Source of the DNA: Candidatus Bathyarchaeota archaeon | Lineage (GTDB): Archaea > Thermoproteota > Bathyarchaeia > 40CM-2-53-6 > RBG-13-38-9 | DNA: 64,000 bases | NCBI GenBank assembly: GCA_963807605.1 | Contig: CAWECG010000001.1 | Coordinates: 256,001 to 320,000, forward strand | Direction: 5' to 3' | Shown here: positions 9,332 through 19,390 of the stretch, piece after piece | Position numbering within the stretch: the first letter of the stretch is position 1 | Layout of the letters: each line of letters opens with the position of its first letter | Program-made: the position numbers and the translations under genes | Notes under the pieces: generated by a model | Database searches by the model: none | The model's input: the letters and a program-made list of their open reading frames with translations, nothing else | What the model was told of the DNA's origin: nothing

Positions 9332-10480
9332 CTACGCTATCTCGGCGAATGTCAGTATCTTCATGTTGGCCGGTTTCTTGGCAACGTTTGAGATGCGGTC
9401 TCCAATTACGATATCTATCTTCTTCTCCTCAGCAATGTCAAGCAGTCTCTGTGTTATTATACCATCAAAGACTAGGGCGTAGACCCCGCTGGATCCCTTC
9501 AGTCTCTCTGCAATTTCACTGACAGAAATTCTTTCCTTTGGATTTCCTTTCTCATCGAAGGTTATAGCTTCTAAGGTCTCCTTAAGTTCACGGACGGCAT
9601 CGGCTATGAACTGGGGTTGCGGCGGGGCGGGTGGTGGCTGCGGCCCCTCCATCTTCTTTCCGACTTGAACCTTGTCTCTGAGGCACCTCATGATCTCTTT
9701 CGGTGTTAAGTCCTCTACCTCTTTACCCGCTGGCGCTCTGGCAACATAATCCAGCTCAGCAACCTGCATCAATTCCTTGAGTATGAGGTCGCCACCTCTG
9801 TCTCCATCAAGGAAGGCTGTGACCTCTTTGTTCTTGCAGAGAGCTATAATCGTCTGGGGAACCTTTGTTCCTTCCAATCCTATGGAGTTCTTTATTCCAC
9901 ACTTTAGTAGATTTATGACGTCAGCTCTTCCTTCGACAATAATGATAGATCCACTTGAGGCGACCTCTGGACCTGCAGGTAACTCTTCAGGACCGAACTT
10001 TGCGACATCCGCCGGCCTGACAGAGTCTGAGACCTCTCTAATAACCTCATCACTACTAGGAGTTGCCTCGACGATCCAGCCTTGGAGTATCTGCTTGGCC
10101 TTAGACATTATGGCCTGTCGTTTCTCGTCGCGCTCGTCCTGAACGGGCTCAAGAGTAATCTTTGCGTTGCATGGGCCTATTCTGTCGACGCTCTCCACAG
10201 CAGCCGCGATAATCGCTGTAGAGGTCTTATCGAGGCTTGAAGGTATTGTGATTTCGCCAGTTGTTCGGTCATTCTTAGACTCAAGTCTTATCCCTATGCG
10301 ACCTAGCCTTCCACTCTTTTGGAGCTCCCTAAGGTCTAAGTCGGGTCCGAAGAGTCCTTCAGTCTGTCCGAAGATTGCGCCAATGACATCAGGCTTTTCA
10401 ACAACACCCTCCACGTCAAACCTCGCTTTTATCACGTATTTCGTGGTAGGTGTAAATTTTTCAGTCTCTTGCATGAGCAT
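9332..10480 (-). CDS. dnaG: Archaeal DnaG-like primase (exosome-associated)
   Basis: GVVEKPDVIGAIFGQTEGL; TOPRIM motifs IVEGRADV and DGDRGG. Confidence 0.96.
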   Translation of the reverse strand: MLMQETEKFTPTTKYVIKARFDVEGVVEKPDVIGAIFGQTEGLFGPDLDLRELQKSGRLGRIGIRLESKNDRTTGEITIPSSLDKTSTAIIAAAVESVDRIGPCNAKITLEPVQDERDEKRQAIMSKAKQILQGWIVEATPSSDEVIREVSDSVRPADVAKFGPEELPAGPEVASSGSIIIVEGRADVINLLKCGIKNSIGLEGTKVPQTIIALCKNKEVTAFLDGDRGGDLILKELMQVAELDYVARAPAGKEVEDLTPKEIMRCLRDKVQVGKKMEGPQPPPAPPQPQFIADAVRELKETLEAITFDEKGNPKERISVSEIAERLKGSSGVYALVFDGIITQRLLDIAEEKKIDIVIGDRISNVAKKPANMKILTFAEIA

Positions 10481-10577
10481 GTAACCTCCAACATAAGTTC
10501 ACTCTCTATGTGAGTGTGATTTGGGGATTGCATTGGCAATGCGCCCTTAAAAGTTATTTCTTTATGGTTCTGTCTTG

Positions 10578-10988
10578 TCAATTGCCTTTAGATTTGACTC
10601 TTAGTCCCTCTATGTGGCTTGCCAACTCCTCCACCTTACTTATCTCGGGTCTGCAGAGAGCCTTGAATCTCTTCCAAATACCTAGGTCAACCTTCACTTT
10701 CATATGGGAGAGTTCTTCAGTCAGCTTGGAGGCGAGTCGGATCCCCTCCCTATCGAAATCTGTCAGAACAGTTACCTCTCGATTGATGGCTAGTCTTGCT
10801 ACAAAGTCGTAAAAGCCTGAGCCTGTTGCCTTCAAGAGGAGAATCTTGCCTGGGACCTTGAGTCGCCTGAGGGCCTCTTCGTCCTTTCTTCCTTCGACTA
10901 TTACTGGATACCCATTCTGCGAGCGACTTATCAACTTGTTCAATGTACGCTCCGTTTCCTCGAGTTTACGTCTTTGACTAGCATTCAA
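10578..10988 (-). CDS. Small TOPRIM-domain protein (UPF0292-like)
   Basis: VIVEGRKD and LTDFDREG. Confidence 0.88.
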   Translation of the reverse strand: MNASQRRKLEETERTLNKLISRSQNGYPVIVEGRKDEEALRRLKVPGKILLLKATGSGFYDFVARLAINREVTVLTDFDREGIRLASKLTEELSHMKVKVDLGIWKRFKALCRPEISKVEELASHIEGLRVKSKGN

Positions 10989-10995
10989 GCTGCTG

Positions 10996-12084
10996 TTATC
11001 TCGTGACTTCTATCTTCTTCATCTCTCCAAGAAGCCGAGGGTTTCTTCTGAAGTACTCTCTGACAGGATTGAGTATCCTTGTCAGCTCCTCAGCTACACT
11101 ATTTTTGAGGTCTAATGGATGGATTGAACCTTTGACATATTCCGTCTCTAGCTTGTCGTATTCATCGAAGGCGATATCTCCCCCATATTTCGTGGGCCGT
11201 GAGATCGTAATCATTCCGCTCTCAGGAAGTACTATGTACTCTGCAATCTCCATTATCGGGTTTGCTCTCGTCTCTTTTGGTGGACAGAAGGCGTTCATGA
11301 TCTTTTTTCTAATCTCCTCTGGCGCGTCATGCATGAGTATGGAACTTCCGGATATACTCTTTGACATCTTTGACCCTATCCGTATGCTCATCTCCTCATC
11401 CTCATCGAAATCTCCTCTCGGCGCTTCTGCTGGTCCTGTCAACCCCGTCAATAGGGGCGTATGAATGCAGATGGGTTTCTTCCATTTGATCTTCTCCGCA
11501 GTCTCTCTCGCCAACATATGAGCCTTCCTTTGATCGATTCCAGCGCAAGCCACGTCAAGAGTCATCTGAAAAATGTCCGCCACCTGCATACATGGATAGA
11601 TCATGGTTGCTGTTTCAACCTCGGCCTCGTTGAGGCTTCTGCCCATGATTGGGAGGGCCCTCCAGATTCTGTTGACAGTAGAACCTTTTGCTATTCTGAT
11701 AACCTTCTCCCAGTATTCAGCCTTAGCGGCAAGCTCAGACGCCCAGACATATTTTACCTTCTGAGGATCTAAGCCTATGCTCGTGAAGCATTCCTTGAAA
11801 TATTCGCCACATAGCTTGATCTTCTCCATATCTCCTCCAAGTTTATTGTTGATCCAGGAGTGCCAGTCCGCTAGGAATATCGTAAAATCAAAGCCTGCTT
11901 CTACAAGATCTTTGATCTTTCTTCCACAAACAAGTCCCATTCCCAAATGCATCATGCCTGAGCACTCGAAACCCCAGTAGCCTCTCGGTCTTGAGGAAGT
12001 GCTTAACAGGGCCCTTAGTTCATCGTCAGTGATTACCTCCTCTGTATTTCTCGTGATCAGAGAAAGCCTACGCTCTAGATCCAT
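10996..12084 (-). CDS. tyrS: Tyrosine--tRNA ligase
   Basis: GFECSGMMHLG (HIGH-like), YPCMQVAD, GIDQRK and KMSKS. Confidence 0.96.
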   Translation of the reverse strand: MDLERRLSLITRNTEEVITDDELRALLSTSSRPRGYWGFECSGMMHLGMGLVCGRKIKDLVEAGFDFTIFLADWHSWINNKLGGDMEKIKLCGEYFKECFTSIGLDPQKVKYVWASELAAKAEYWEKVIRIAKGSTVNRIWRALPIMGRSLNEAEVETATMIYPCMQVADIFQMTLDVACAGIDQRKAHMLARETAEKIKWKKPICIHTPLLTGLTGPAEAPRGDFDEDEEMSIRIGSKMSKSISGSSILMHDAPEEIRKKIMNAFCPPKETRANPIMEIAEYIVLPESGMITISRPTKYGGDIAFDEYDKLETEYVKGSIHPLDLKNSVAEELTRILNPVREYFRRNPRLLGEMKKIEVTR

Positions 12085-12212
12085 CGATTCACCTTGATAC
12101 CGCTAGAAATCGAATTGGCCGCCTTAAAAGTCTAGTCAAGCTCGCAAAAGCCTAATCTTGAACCTCTCGATCAATTCATCTGTGCAGATTCAACTTAGCG
12201 TTCACAGCCTCT

Positions 12213-12342
12213 GGGCGGGCGCCAATACATGCCTGCCTCCGAGAGAGCCCAATCAAGTGGGGCGTGGCCCCTCAATGAGGTTGGGTGTTAGTGTTGTAGG
12301 CAACATCGACCTGCCGCCATAAGCGGCGTGGCGAGACCCGTC
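12213..12342 (+). ncRNA. Candidate structured RNA of unknown class
   Basis: GC-rich intergenic stretch with several hairpins whose wobble pairs are G-U on the plus strand. Confidence 0.35.
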
Positions 12343-12556
12343 AAGAAAGGCAAGGAGCTTTCAAAAATCACAACTGAGACTGAACATAACATCGTTGAAG
12401 AATATGAACCTGATCTCGTTTGAATCTTAGACTGCTGACAAGATTCGTTTGAATCACAAAATTGATGTGCCAGCGATTTCTGAATTCTTGTGGCGGAATA
12501 TCCGTCGCGTCTATGACAAAGCAACCCTTTTAGTAATAATCATCCAAGAATTGGTC

Positions 12557-13336
12557 ATGGCAATCTGTCGCGAATGCGGCGAATTTGTCGGTCTCCCTTT
12601 CATATGCGGCTACTGCGGCGGATCCTACTGCACCCAGCACAGGATACCTGAGTCACACAATTGCCCCGGTCTACTTTCGGCTAGAAGTCCCCCTTCCTCA
12701 AAAAGAATCAATAGCAGACTTACCTCCGGAGTATCCAAGGGTCTGAAGATTCATGAGATGCTTGGGGGAAAAGAGGCTCAGGAGATCCTTGTTGCATGGT
12801 TAATCCTCAGCTTTTGCTTCTCAGTGGGTGCTTTAATGTCGCTGGGAAGCTTCATAGGAAGATTCGCGATCTCATTGTTGACAGTCGGGCTCGGTTTTGT
12901 GCTTCATGAATTAGCCCACAGATACGTCGCTAGGAGATATGCTTGCCTCTCCAGATTCAGAATCTGGCCATTGGGACTGGCCTTGGCCCTCATCTTGGCT
13001 CTAGTCTCGCGCGGCAACTGGGTCTTTGCAGCACCAGGAGCAGTGTACATAATACCTAGAAATTCCGGGGGAATCTCGCGCAGAGAGAATGGAATAATCT
13101 CATTGTCGGGCATAGCAGTGAATTTGCTTCTAGCATTGTTGTTTATTGCAGTATCAGGCTTGGGCGGCTTAGCCGAAAGCGTCGGACGAGTTGGCGCGAC
13201 AATAAATCTATGGTTAGCAGCCTTTAATCTGATTCCGTTTTCGCAACTCGATGGTGCGAAAGTCATGGCTTGGAGCTGGAAAATCTGGACCGCCGCAACC
13301 GCCCTGGCATGGCTGGGGCTTCTTCTCTTAGCCTAA
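12557..13336 (+). CDS. AN1-type zinc finger fused to M50 site-2 protease
   Basis: CREC..CGYCGGSYCTQHRIPESHNC (AN1); HELAH and NLIPFSQLDG (M50). ATG at 12557 preferred over the longer ORF. Confidence 0.88.
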   Translation: MAICRECGEFVGLPFICGYCGGSYCTQHRIPESHNCPGLLSARSPPSSKRINSRLTSGVSKGLKIHEMLGGKEAQEILVAWLILSFCFSVGALMSLGSFIGRFAISLLTVGLGFVLHELAHRYVARRYACLSRFRIWPLGLALALILALVSRGNWVFAAPGAVYIIPRNSGGISRRENGIISLSGIAVNLLLALLFIAVSGLGGLAESVGRVGATINLWLAAFNLIPFSQLDGAKVMAWSWKIWTAATALAWLGLLLLA

Positions 13337-13467
13337 GATCCAACGCATGCACACGCTATTAGCCCTCTGACTCTCCTTGTACATTCTGTCGAATTCAGAC
13401 TCAGAAAAAATAGAGACCGCAGATAAAGGTTATTATAGATATTCGGCCAATCCTGTCCCGTACGATC

Positions 13468-13878
13468 ATGGTAAAGAGCCTAAACCTCCTCACAGATCGC
13501 CAAATGCAAGTTCTCAAGTTAAGGAGCAAAGGACTCACTCAAGCGGAGACAGCAAAACACCTCAGAACCACAAGAGAGAACGTCAGTATACTCGAGACCA
13601 GAGCACGCAGAAATATCAGCAGAGCCAAGGCAACACTTGAGATCCTCGAGGATTTAGGAGTCGCAATCAGAATCCTAATCAAACCTGAGACGCCAGTTCT
13701 AGAGATGGCGAGAATCGTAATAAAGAAAGCCGACAGCTCAAATGTTAGACTTAAGCTCGATTGCATAGATGTCTTGGAAAGAATCAAGATGAAAGCCAGG
13801 GACAAAATACGATCGAAAAAAGTGATAGAACCCATCTCAGTAATATTATTGCCTCACGGCGACCTGCTGGTCGAATAG
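13468..13878 (+). CDS. Tfx-family DNA-binding protein
   Basis: LTDRQ..VL.LR.KGLTQ.E.A..L.TTRENVS.LE.RA..NI.RAK.TL. Confidence 0.88.
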   Translation: MVKSLNLLTDRQMQVLKLRSKGLTQAETAKHLRTTRENVSILETRARRNISRAKATLEILEDLGVAIRILIKPETPVLEMARIVIKKADSSNVRLKLDCIDVLERIKMKARDKIRSKKVIEPISVILLPHGDLLVE

Positions 13879-13982
13879 GTCGTTTAATGTGAAGCCTTCA
13901 GCGACTTTTTAGCATCTGGTCGAGAATGCCTTGGCTCTTGACCTTTTCCTGTAACGGTGTTGTCTGACTTGGACTGACGCAC

Positions 13983-15629
13983 CTAATACTCAGGCATCCC
14001 GCCCTCAGGTCCTTGAGGAGGCATTGGAGGAGGCTTGGAGGCAACTACAACATCATCAATCCTTATGATCATAGAGGCTGCCTCTGCCGCCGACTTTATG
14101 GCTTGCTCCTTGATCCTCGTCGGCTCCAGCACCCCTAACTTTGACATATCCCTGACTCTACCAGCGTAGACGTCGACGCCCGCGGCAAGTCCTGTCTTCT
14201 TCTCATGAGCTGTCCTAAGAGCAACCATCGTATCTATAGAATCAAGGCCGGCGTTTTCGGCGAGTGTTCTCGGGATAGCTTCCAACGCCTCCGCGAAAGC
14301 CTCAATCGCAAGCTGCTCCCTCCCACCGACTCTGGCCGCGTAGCTTCGCAGCCTCTTGGCTAACTCAATCTCCACTGCTCCTCCACCGAAGACCATCCTA
14401 TTCTTCGCCACAACAGCCGCTACAGATGAGAGCGCATCGTCCATAGCCCTCTCTGCCTCGTCTACCAACTTCTCCAATCCAGCTCGTATTAGAATAGCCA
14501 CAGACTTTGGATCCTTACATCCTTCGATGAAGATCATCTTGTCTTCACCCATCCTTCTCTCTTCGACCAAACCAGCTTTCCCGATGTCGCTCGGACTTAA
14601 GTCGTCTAGGTCCGTGACTATTTTGGCGCCAGTCGCTTTCGAAAGCTTCTCCATATCAGATTTCTTTATTCGTCGAACCGCCATCGTATTCTCTTTTGCA
14701 AGGAAGTGCTGCACCATATCGTCTATTCCTTTCTGACAGAGGACTATATTGGCGCCTGAGGCCTTGATCTTTTCCGTCATCATCTGCATCATCTTTGTCT
14801 CTTCATCCATGAACGCCTTCATCTGTGATGGATCAGCTATCCTAATCTCGGCGCTAAATTCGGTCTTCTTAATCTCCAGTGCGCAGTCAAGAAGAACTAT
14901 TCTAGCATTCGCCACTGTTTTGGGCATCCTAGGGTGGACAACTTCCTTATCGAGAATTACGCCCTGGATGAGCTGCGTATCCATGAGCCTCTTGCCTTCT
15001 TTCTTCACGAGTTGAATATTATCTATGTCAACGAAGGCGGTTTCGCCTCGTTTCTCCATTATCTGTTTGATCGCGTCTATGGCGATCGTGGCGAAGTGTT
15101 CCTTAGCTTCCCCAACTCCTTTGCCAGCCATGGCGGTGAGCGCAATCTTCTTGAGCGTTGTCCTATCGGTTAGGTTGACTGGCTTCGACACTTGGTCTAG
15201 TATCGCTACAGCCTTGTCAGAGGCTTTCTTGAATCCCGCGACTATCGTCGTAGGGTGGACGTCACTTTCAAGAAGCGCCTCAGCCTTCTTGAGAAGCTCA
15301 CTAGCCAAGACCACTGCCGTGGTCGTCCCATCTCCAACTTCGTCGTCTTGGGTCTTGGCGACTTCTACTATCATCTTGGCTGCGGGATTCTGAACCTCAA
15401 TCTCTTCCAACACTGTCACCCCATCGCTGGTAACAGTGACATCCCCCAGCGTGTCGACGAGCATCTTGTCCATACCCCGTGGACCAAGAGTGCTCTTCAC
15501 AACCTCGCCTATGATCTTTGCAGCGATTATGTTTGATCTTTGAGCCTCTCTGCCTCTGCTTCTAGAGGAACCTTCTTTCAGAATGAGGACGGGTTGACCT
15601 GTAAGATAAGACAAGATATTCCCTTCCAT
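13983..15629 (-). CDS. Thermosome (group II chaperonin) subunit
   Basis: [17 protein letters not shown] and GGGAVE motifs; Gly/Met/Pro tail. Confidence 0.97.
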   Translation of the reverse strand: MEGNILSYLTGQPVLILKEGSSRSRGREAQRSNIIAAKIIGEVVKSTLGPRGMDKMLVDTLGDVTVTSDGVTVLEEIEVQNPAAKMIVEVAKTQDDEVGDGTTTAVVLASELLKKAEALLESDVHPTTIVAGFKKASDKAVAILDQVSKPVNLTDRTTLKKIALTAMAGKGVGEAKEHFATIAIDAIKQIMEKRGETAFVDIDNIQLVKKEGKRLMDTQLIQGVILDKEVVHPRMPKTVANARIVLLDCALEIKKTEFSAEIRIADPSQMKAFMDEETKMMQMMTEKIKASGANIVLCQKGIDDMVQHFLAKENTMAVRRIKKSDMEKLSKATGAKIVTDLDDLSPSDIGKAGLVEERRMGEDKMIFIEGCKDPKSVAILIRAGLEKLVDEAERAMDDALSSVAAVVAKNRMVFGGGAVEIELAKRLRSYAARVGGREQLAIEAFAEALEAIPRTLAENAGLDSIDTMVALRTAHEKKTGLAAGVDVYAGRVRDMSKLGVLEPTRIKEQAIKSAAEAASMIIRIDDVVVASKPPPMPPQGPEGGMPEY

Positions 15630-15715
15630 AACAAGAGTATGAAGATGCTATTCGCTCAAAATAAAAACTTTACCTTCCTGTTTTGCCATGAATACTGTTG
15701 TCATAAATTATGAGG

Positions 15716-15907
15716 TTATGTTGTTTCTTTGTGATACTTGTCGTATCGGCCGCTTTTGATTTCATGGATGCGTTTGCGAGCGGCTTCATCTATGAAGTCG
15801 GCACGGCTTGCATAGGGGCGTTGCTTGGATAGAACTATTCTGTCTATTTCTTCGGCTAGTTCTTTTGGTACGTTGGGGTAGCACTAGTTTTTCTTCTCTG
15901 AAACCAT
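15716..15907 (-). pseudogene. CopG/ribbon-helix-helix regulator with in-frame TAG at codon 8
   Basis: Own translation: MVSEKKN*CYPNVPKELAEEIDRIVLSKQRPYASRADFIDEAARKRI; the 'P.EL.EEID...Y.SRADFI.EA.R' pattern is RHH-like. Confidence 0.55.
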
Positions 15908-16049
15908 GGCGCGCGCTCTTGCCTCCTTCAAGATTCTAAGCCTTGCCAGCTCGAAGCGTTGATGAGACTCTGACCTCGTTAAACGCCGGATTGTCTTAGC
16001 CAAAACCAAGATAAGAGACATGCTAGGAGTTTATTTTTGATGCGTTGGG

Positions 16050-16670
16050 TTGAGGGGATCAGGGATCGAGAGAAGAGCGCCTCAAAATTACTGCAACAGA
16101 TGCGGCTTTCCACTTCGATTTGTAGATGGAAGGCTCTGGTGTGACAACTGCAGAGCCTATCCTCTTGACAGGGAAATCGACGTTTCCAGTTTCTTCTCTC
16201 AGGTCGGGGGGCGACTGAGAAGAACTATTAATAGTCTAGAGAGAAGGCTTGGAGGTGAAACAGAGGATACGTCAAGAAGTGTTTATCCTCAGATAATTCC
16301 ACCAATAATCCCACCAATAATTCCACCAGCGCCTAGTATTCCTCCCCCGCGCGTGATCATCACGACCCCAATGAGAAGCGATCCTTACTCATCGACCGGC
16401 GGGATAGATGACAGGGTCTTCAGCTATATTGAGGCTCATAACGGAGAGATCTCACTCTCGAAAGCATCTGCAGACATTGGTATTCCCTTGAATGAACTCC
16501 AGGAAGCCGTAGAAAGACTACGTAACTCAGGTCGACTGTCACTTCAGAACGACCAGATCAACATACCAAGCTCCCCGGCGCCTTTACGCCGGAAAGTCTG
16601 TGTACACTGTTTCAGGCTCATAGATGTTGAGGATAGATACTGCACTGACTGTGGCTATGTGCAGCCATAG
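16050..16670 (+). CDS. Zinc ribbon / Pro-rich / winged-helix / zinc ribbon protein
   Basis: CNRC..CDNC; IIPP x3; RVFSYIEAHNGEISLSKASADIGIPLNELQEAVERL (wHTH-like); CVHC..CTDC. Confidence 0.65.
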   Translation: MRGSGIERRAPQNYCNRCGFPLRFVDGRLWCDNCRAYPLDREIDVSSFFSQVGGRLRRTINSLERRLGGETEDTSRSVYPQIIPPIIPPIIPPAPSIPPPRVIITTPMRSDPYSSTGGIDDRVFSYIEAHNGEISLSKASADIGIPLNELQEAVERLRNSGRLSLQNDQINIPSSPAPLRRKVCVHCFRLIDVEDRYCTDCGYVQP

Positions 16671-16748
16671 ACCCTCTGAGACCAGTTGTTTAAATAGTCT
16701 CGGTAAGTTTTTTCTTCTGGACAACTATATGCACTTGGAAGTGATATT

Positions 16749-17324
16749 ATGGAGAGGCTTAAACTCACCATTGGTTTAGACCAGAACTTTACAGAGAAAG
16801 AGCTTCACAAGATTGCAGAGGCTTTCGGTGGAGCATTCGATCTCAAGGATAGAACGTACATTTTGAAGACCTCAGAAGAGAGCCCGCCGACAGCCGTATT
16901 CGCGCTCGGAGAGATCACAGTCAAGAATATACCTCAGATCTTAGGCGTGATGAAGAGCGACTACTGGAAGAAGGCGGCAAAGAAGATCTCGAAGACACTC
17001 AGTAAGCGTAGAAAGGATGAGGAACCCATGATCTCCTTTGAGTGTACGGTTGAAGGCCTCGATGCGAACATGCGCTGTCGGACCAGCAATAATGAGATTG
17101 TTGAAGCAGCGTTTGGTCATCTCGACTCGGCACTCGAGTCACTCTGGGAACTCAGCCAGAAGAAGAATCTTCCAGGCTCAAAGACGCATGTCTATATGGG
17201 TTATCACGAGCCGACAAAGTCCTTTAGAATTGACCGTGCCATAGTGCTCGGCACAGATTTTGGTGAATATGAGTTCGATGAAAAGGCTCGATCGTGGAGA
17301 AAGATAAGCCGTACTCAAGGCTGA
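16749..17324 (+). CDS. Hypothetical protein
   Basis: 191-aa ORF with ATG start and protein-like composition; no recognised motif. Confidence 0.6.
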   Translation: MERLKLTIGLDQNFTEKELHKIAEAFGGAFDLKDRTYILKTSEESPPTAVFALGEITVKNIPQILGVMKSDYWKKAAKKISKTLSKRRKDEEPMISFECTVEGLDANMRCRTSNNEIVEAAFGHLDSALESLWELSQKKNLPGSKTHVYMGYHEPTKSFRIDRAIVLGTDFGEYEFDEKARSWRKISRTQG

Positions 17325-17346
17325 ACGTGCAAGACTGTTCAAAGCT

Positions 17347-18006
17347 TCAGGCTTTTTGCTGCGAAATCCATCCTTCACAAATTCTTATACCGATAATGAC
17401 ATCCCTTGCATAGGCGTCGGCCCCTACCTTCTTTGCAAACTCCTCTGTCAAGGGTGCCCCTCCCAGAATCACCTTCACCTTTTCACGTAAGGAAGCTGCT
17501 TTTAACGCGTCTAGAACCTCTCCAATTCTCATCATAGTCGTACTCGTCAAAGCAGAGATTCCTATTATGCCCGGCGCCTCATCCTTGGCGGCCTTGACGA
17601 ACTTTTCTGAAGGTACATCTATGCCAAGATCGACGACCTCAAATCCTGCCCCCATTAGACTAACGACCACCAAGTTCTTTCCTATGTCATGCATGTCTCC
17701 AGGAGCACTTCCTATCACAACCTTTCCCCTGTACTTACCTTTCCCGCCTGCGAGGTGTGGCTTCAGAAGGTCAGAGGCAGCCTTCATTATTGTTCCCGCA
17801 ATGACAAGCTCACTTATGAAGTACTCACAGGACTCGAATTTCTGTCCGACTATGTTGCTTGCACCCCTCATCGTATCCATTATCTCGTAGGGCGAGATGC
17901 CGCTCTTCAGAGCTTCCCTTGTCGCGTCAAGTGTCTGCTCGAGTTTCAGCTCAACTATAGACTGCTTGAATCTTTCCAAGATCTCTTTCTGCGCCACCAA
18001 TATCAC
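17347..18006 (-). CDS. Methyltransferase-associated corrinoid protein (MtaC/MttC-like)
   Basis: DMHDIGKN (DxHxxG), SAL..T and GGAP B12-binding motifs; N-terminal cap domain. Confidence 0.93.
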   Translation of the reverse strand: MILVAQKEILERFKQSIVELKLEQTLDATREALKSGISPYEIMDTMRGASNIVGQKFESCEYFISELVIAGTIMKAASDLLKPHLAGGKGKYRGKVVIGSAPGDMHDIGKNLVVVSLMGAGFEVVDLGIDVPSEKFVKAAKDEAPGIIGISALTSTTMMRIGEVLDALKAASLREKVKVILGGAPLTEEFAKKVGADAYARDVIIGIRICEGWISQQKA

Positions 18007-18007
18007 C

Positions 18008-19222
18008 TTAGAGTTTTATTGGATACCCCCCATATTTGAGAACAGAGTCGTATAGGGCGCAGACATTCCATGGTGGAACCTCGGGTTGGATTATGTGTCC
18101 GGGTGCAACTATCATACCCCCACCGACCGCACCTTCCTTGATGACTCTAACTACTTCAGCCTCCACATCGGCCGGTGTACCTCGCGGCAATACCCTCTGT
18201 GAGCTTACGCCTCCACAAAAGGTAAGTTTGTGCCCGTATTTCTTCTTCAAATTCTCCAGCCCCATATCTGGACACTCCGGTTGAACTGGGTTAAGCACAT
18301 TTACGCCTTCTTCAATGAAGTCGTTGATGTACATGTCTACGTTTCCGCAACTGTGTAGGTAGATCTTCCCAGCCGTCTTTTTGTGTATGAAATCGTAGAT
18401 CTGTTTATGTCTAGGTTTTATGAATTCCCTGTAGGTTTTTGGACTGAGAAGTCCGGAAGTCTGAGCTCCCATATCGTCTGCGACTCCCACTAAAGTACAG
18501 TAGTCGCCTATTTGATCGAGCATCATTCCATACATCTGGATGAGCAACTTAGTCGCCTTGTCTAGGAGTGCATTTGCTATTTGTGGTCTGAAAAAGATGT
18601 CCTCAAGGAACTTGTTGAAGCCTCTTCGTTGCCATGATGTCTCGAACGGTCCACCCATAGGTGCTACGCAGCATACGGCGTAGCCTGCCTCATCGAGCTT
18701 CTTCGCCTTTCTATCAAGACCCTGAACCGTTCTATCCTTCTCTGGATCCGGCCAGTAGGGATCGTTTACAATCTCATTTATCGTATCTATCTGTTCAAGG
18801 GGGGCTGGACTGGCGAACTCCAAGTAGGTCTCGCCAGCCTTCCTATGAAAGCCACACTCGTCTATGAATGAATTGTCAGGCAGGAGTTTTTGAGGTATGA
18901 ATGGCCTGGGAAACCGTATCGATACAGGCCTGAAGTCTATTCTGAATCGCCTGTAAATCCTTTCGTCGATAGGAGTTGTCCACCAAGATGTATAATGCGT
19001 GCCGCCAGGCCAATAGTCGATCTCTTTGGAGAAGATAGGGAGATGCATGAAATGTTTAAGATTGAAGTATGACTGCTTCATCATGAAAGAGAGGCATCCG
19101 CCAAGTTCCGCAGGAACCCTGTCCGGCTCCTGGTGCTCAAGAACCTTCCAAACACGCTCTCTAGGCGTATACCGTTCGCCAGGGTATATTATGGCTTTTT
19201 CTCCCCGAGATATTGTCTCCAA
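18008..19222 (-). CDS. Uroporphyrinogen decarboxylase-family protein (MtaA/CmuA-like methyltransferase)
   Basis: EPDRVP, DDMG.Q, HSCG, LNPVQ and APGH motifs; coupled to the corrinoid gene. Confidence 0.88.
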   Translation of the reverse strand: METISRGEKAIIYPGERYTPRERVWKVLEHQEPDRVPAELGGCLSFMMKQSYFNLKHFMHLPIFSKEIDYWPGGTHYTSWWTTPIDERIYRRFRIDFRPVSIRFPRPFIPQKLLPDNSFIDECGFHRKAGETYLEFASPAPLEQIDTINEIVNDPYWPDPEKDRTVQGLDRKAKKLDEAGYAVCCVAPMGGPFETSWQRRGFNKFLEDIFFRPQIANALLDKATKLLIQMYGMMLDQIGDYCTLVGVADDMGAQTSGLLSPKTYREFIKPRHKQIYDFIHKKTAGKIYLHSCGNVDMYINDFIEEGVNVLNPVQPECPDMGLENLKKKYGHKLTFCGGVSSQRVLPRGTPADVEAEVVRVIKEGAVGGGMIVAPGHIIQPEVPPWNVCALYDSVLKYGGYPIKL

Positions 19223-19258
19223 GGATCTCCCCAGTTTTGCCTAGCTCTACCTTCCGCT

Positions 19259-19390
19259 TCATATTAAAGTTAATTGATTTACCTCTGTGTAGAAATCTGG
19301 GAAGTGGGACTTCGACTCGCAATCGTGGCATTCATTACTGTGGCACAATTCATGCAGGCCCATTCGGCAGTCGAAGTGCTCATGACTCAC
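19259..19390 (-). CDS. Possible small Cys/His-rich protein
   Basis: GTG 7 nt after GGAG; MSHEHFDCRMGLHELCHSNECHDCESKSH... (4 Cys, 6 His). Confidence 0.3.
   Translation of the reverse strand: MSHEHFDCRMGLHELCHSNECHDCESKSHFPDFYTEVNQLTLI

Noticed and set aside
12213-12342. Assignment as 5S rRNA, SRP RNA or RNase P RNA
   Set aside because: The signature sequences of these RNAs are not recognisable on either strand; kept only as an unassigned candidate.
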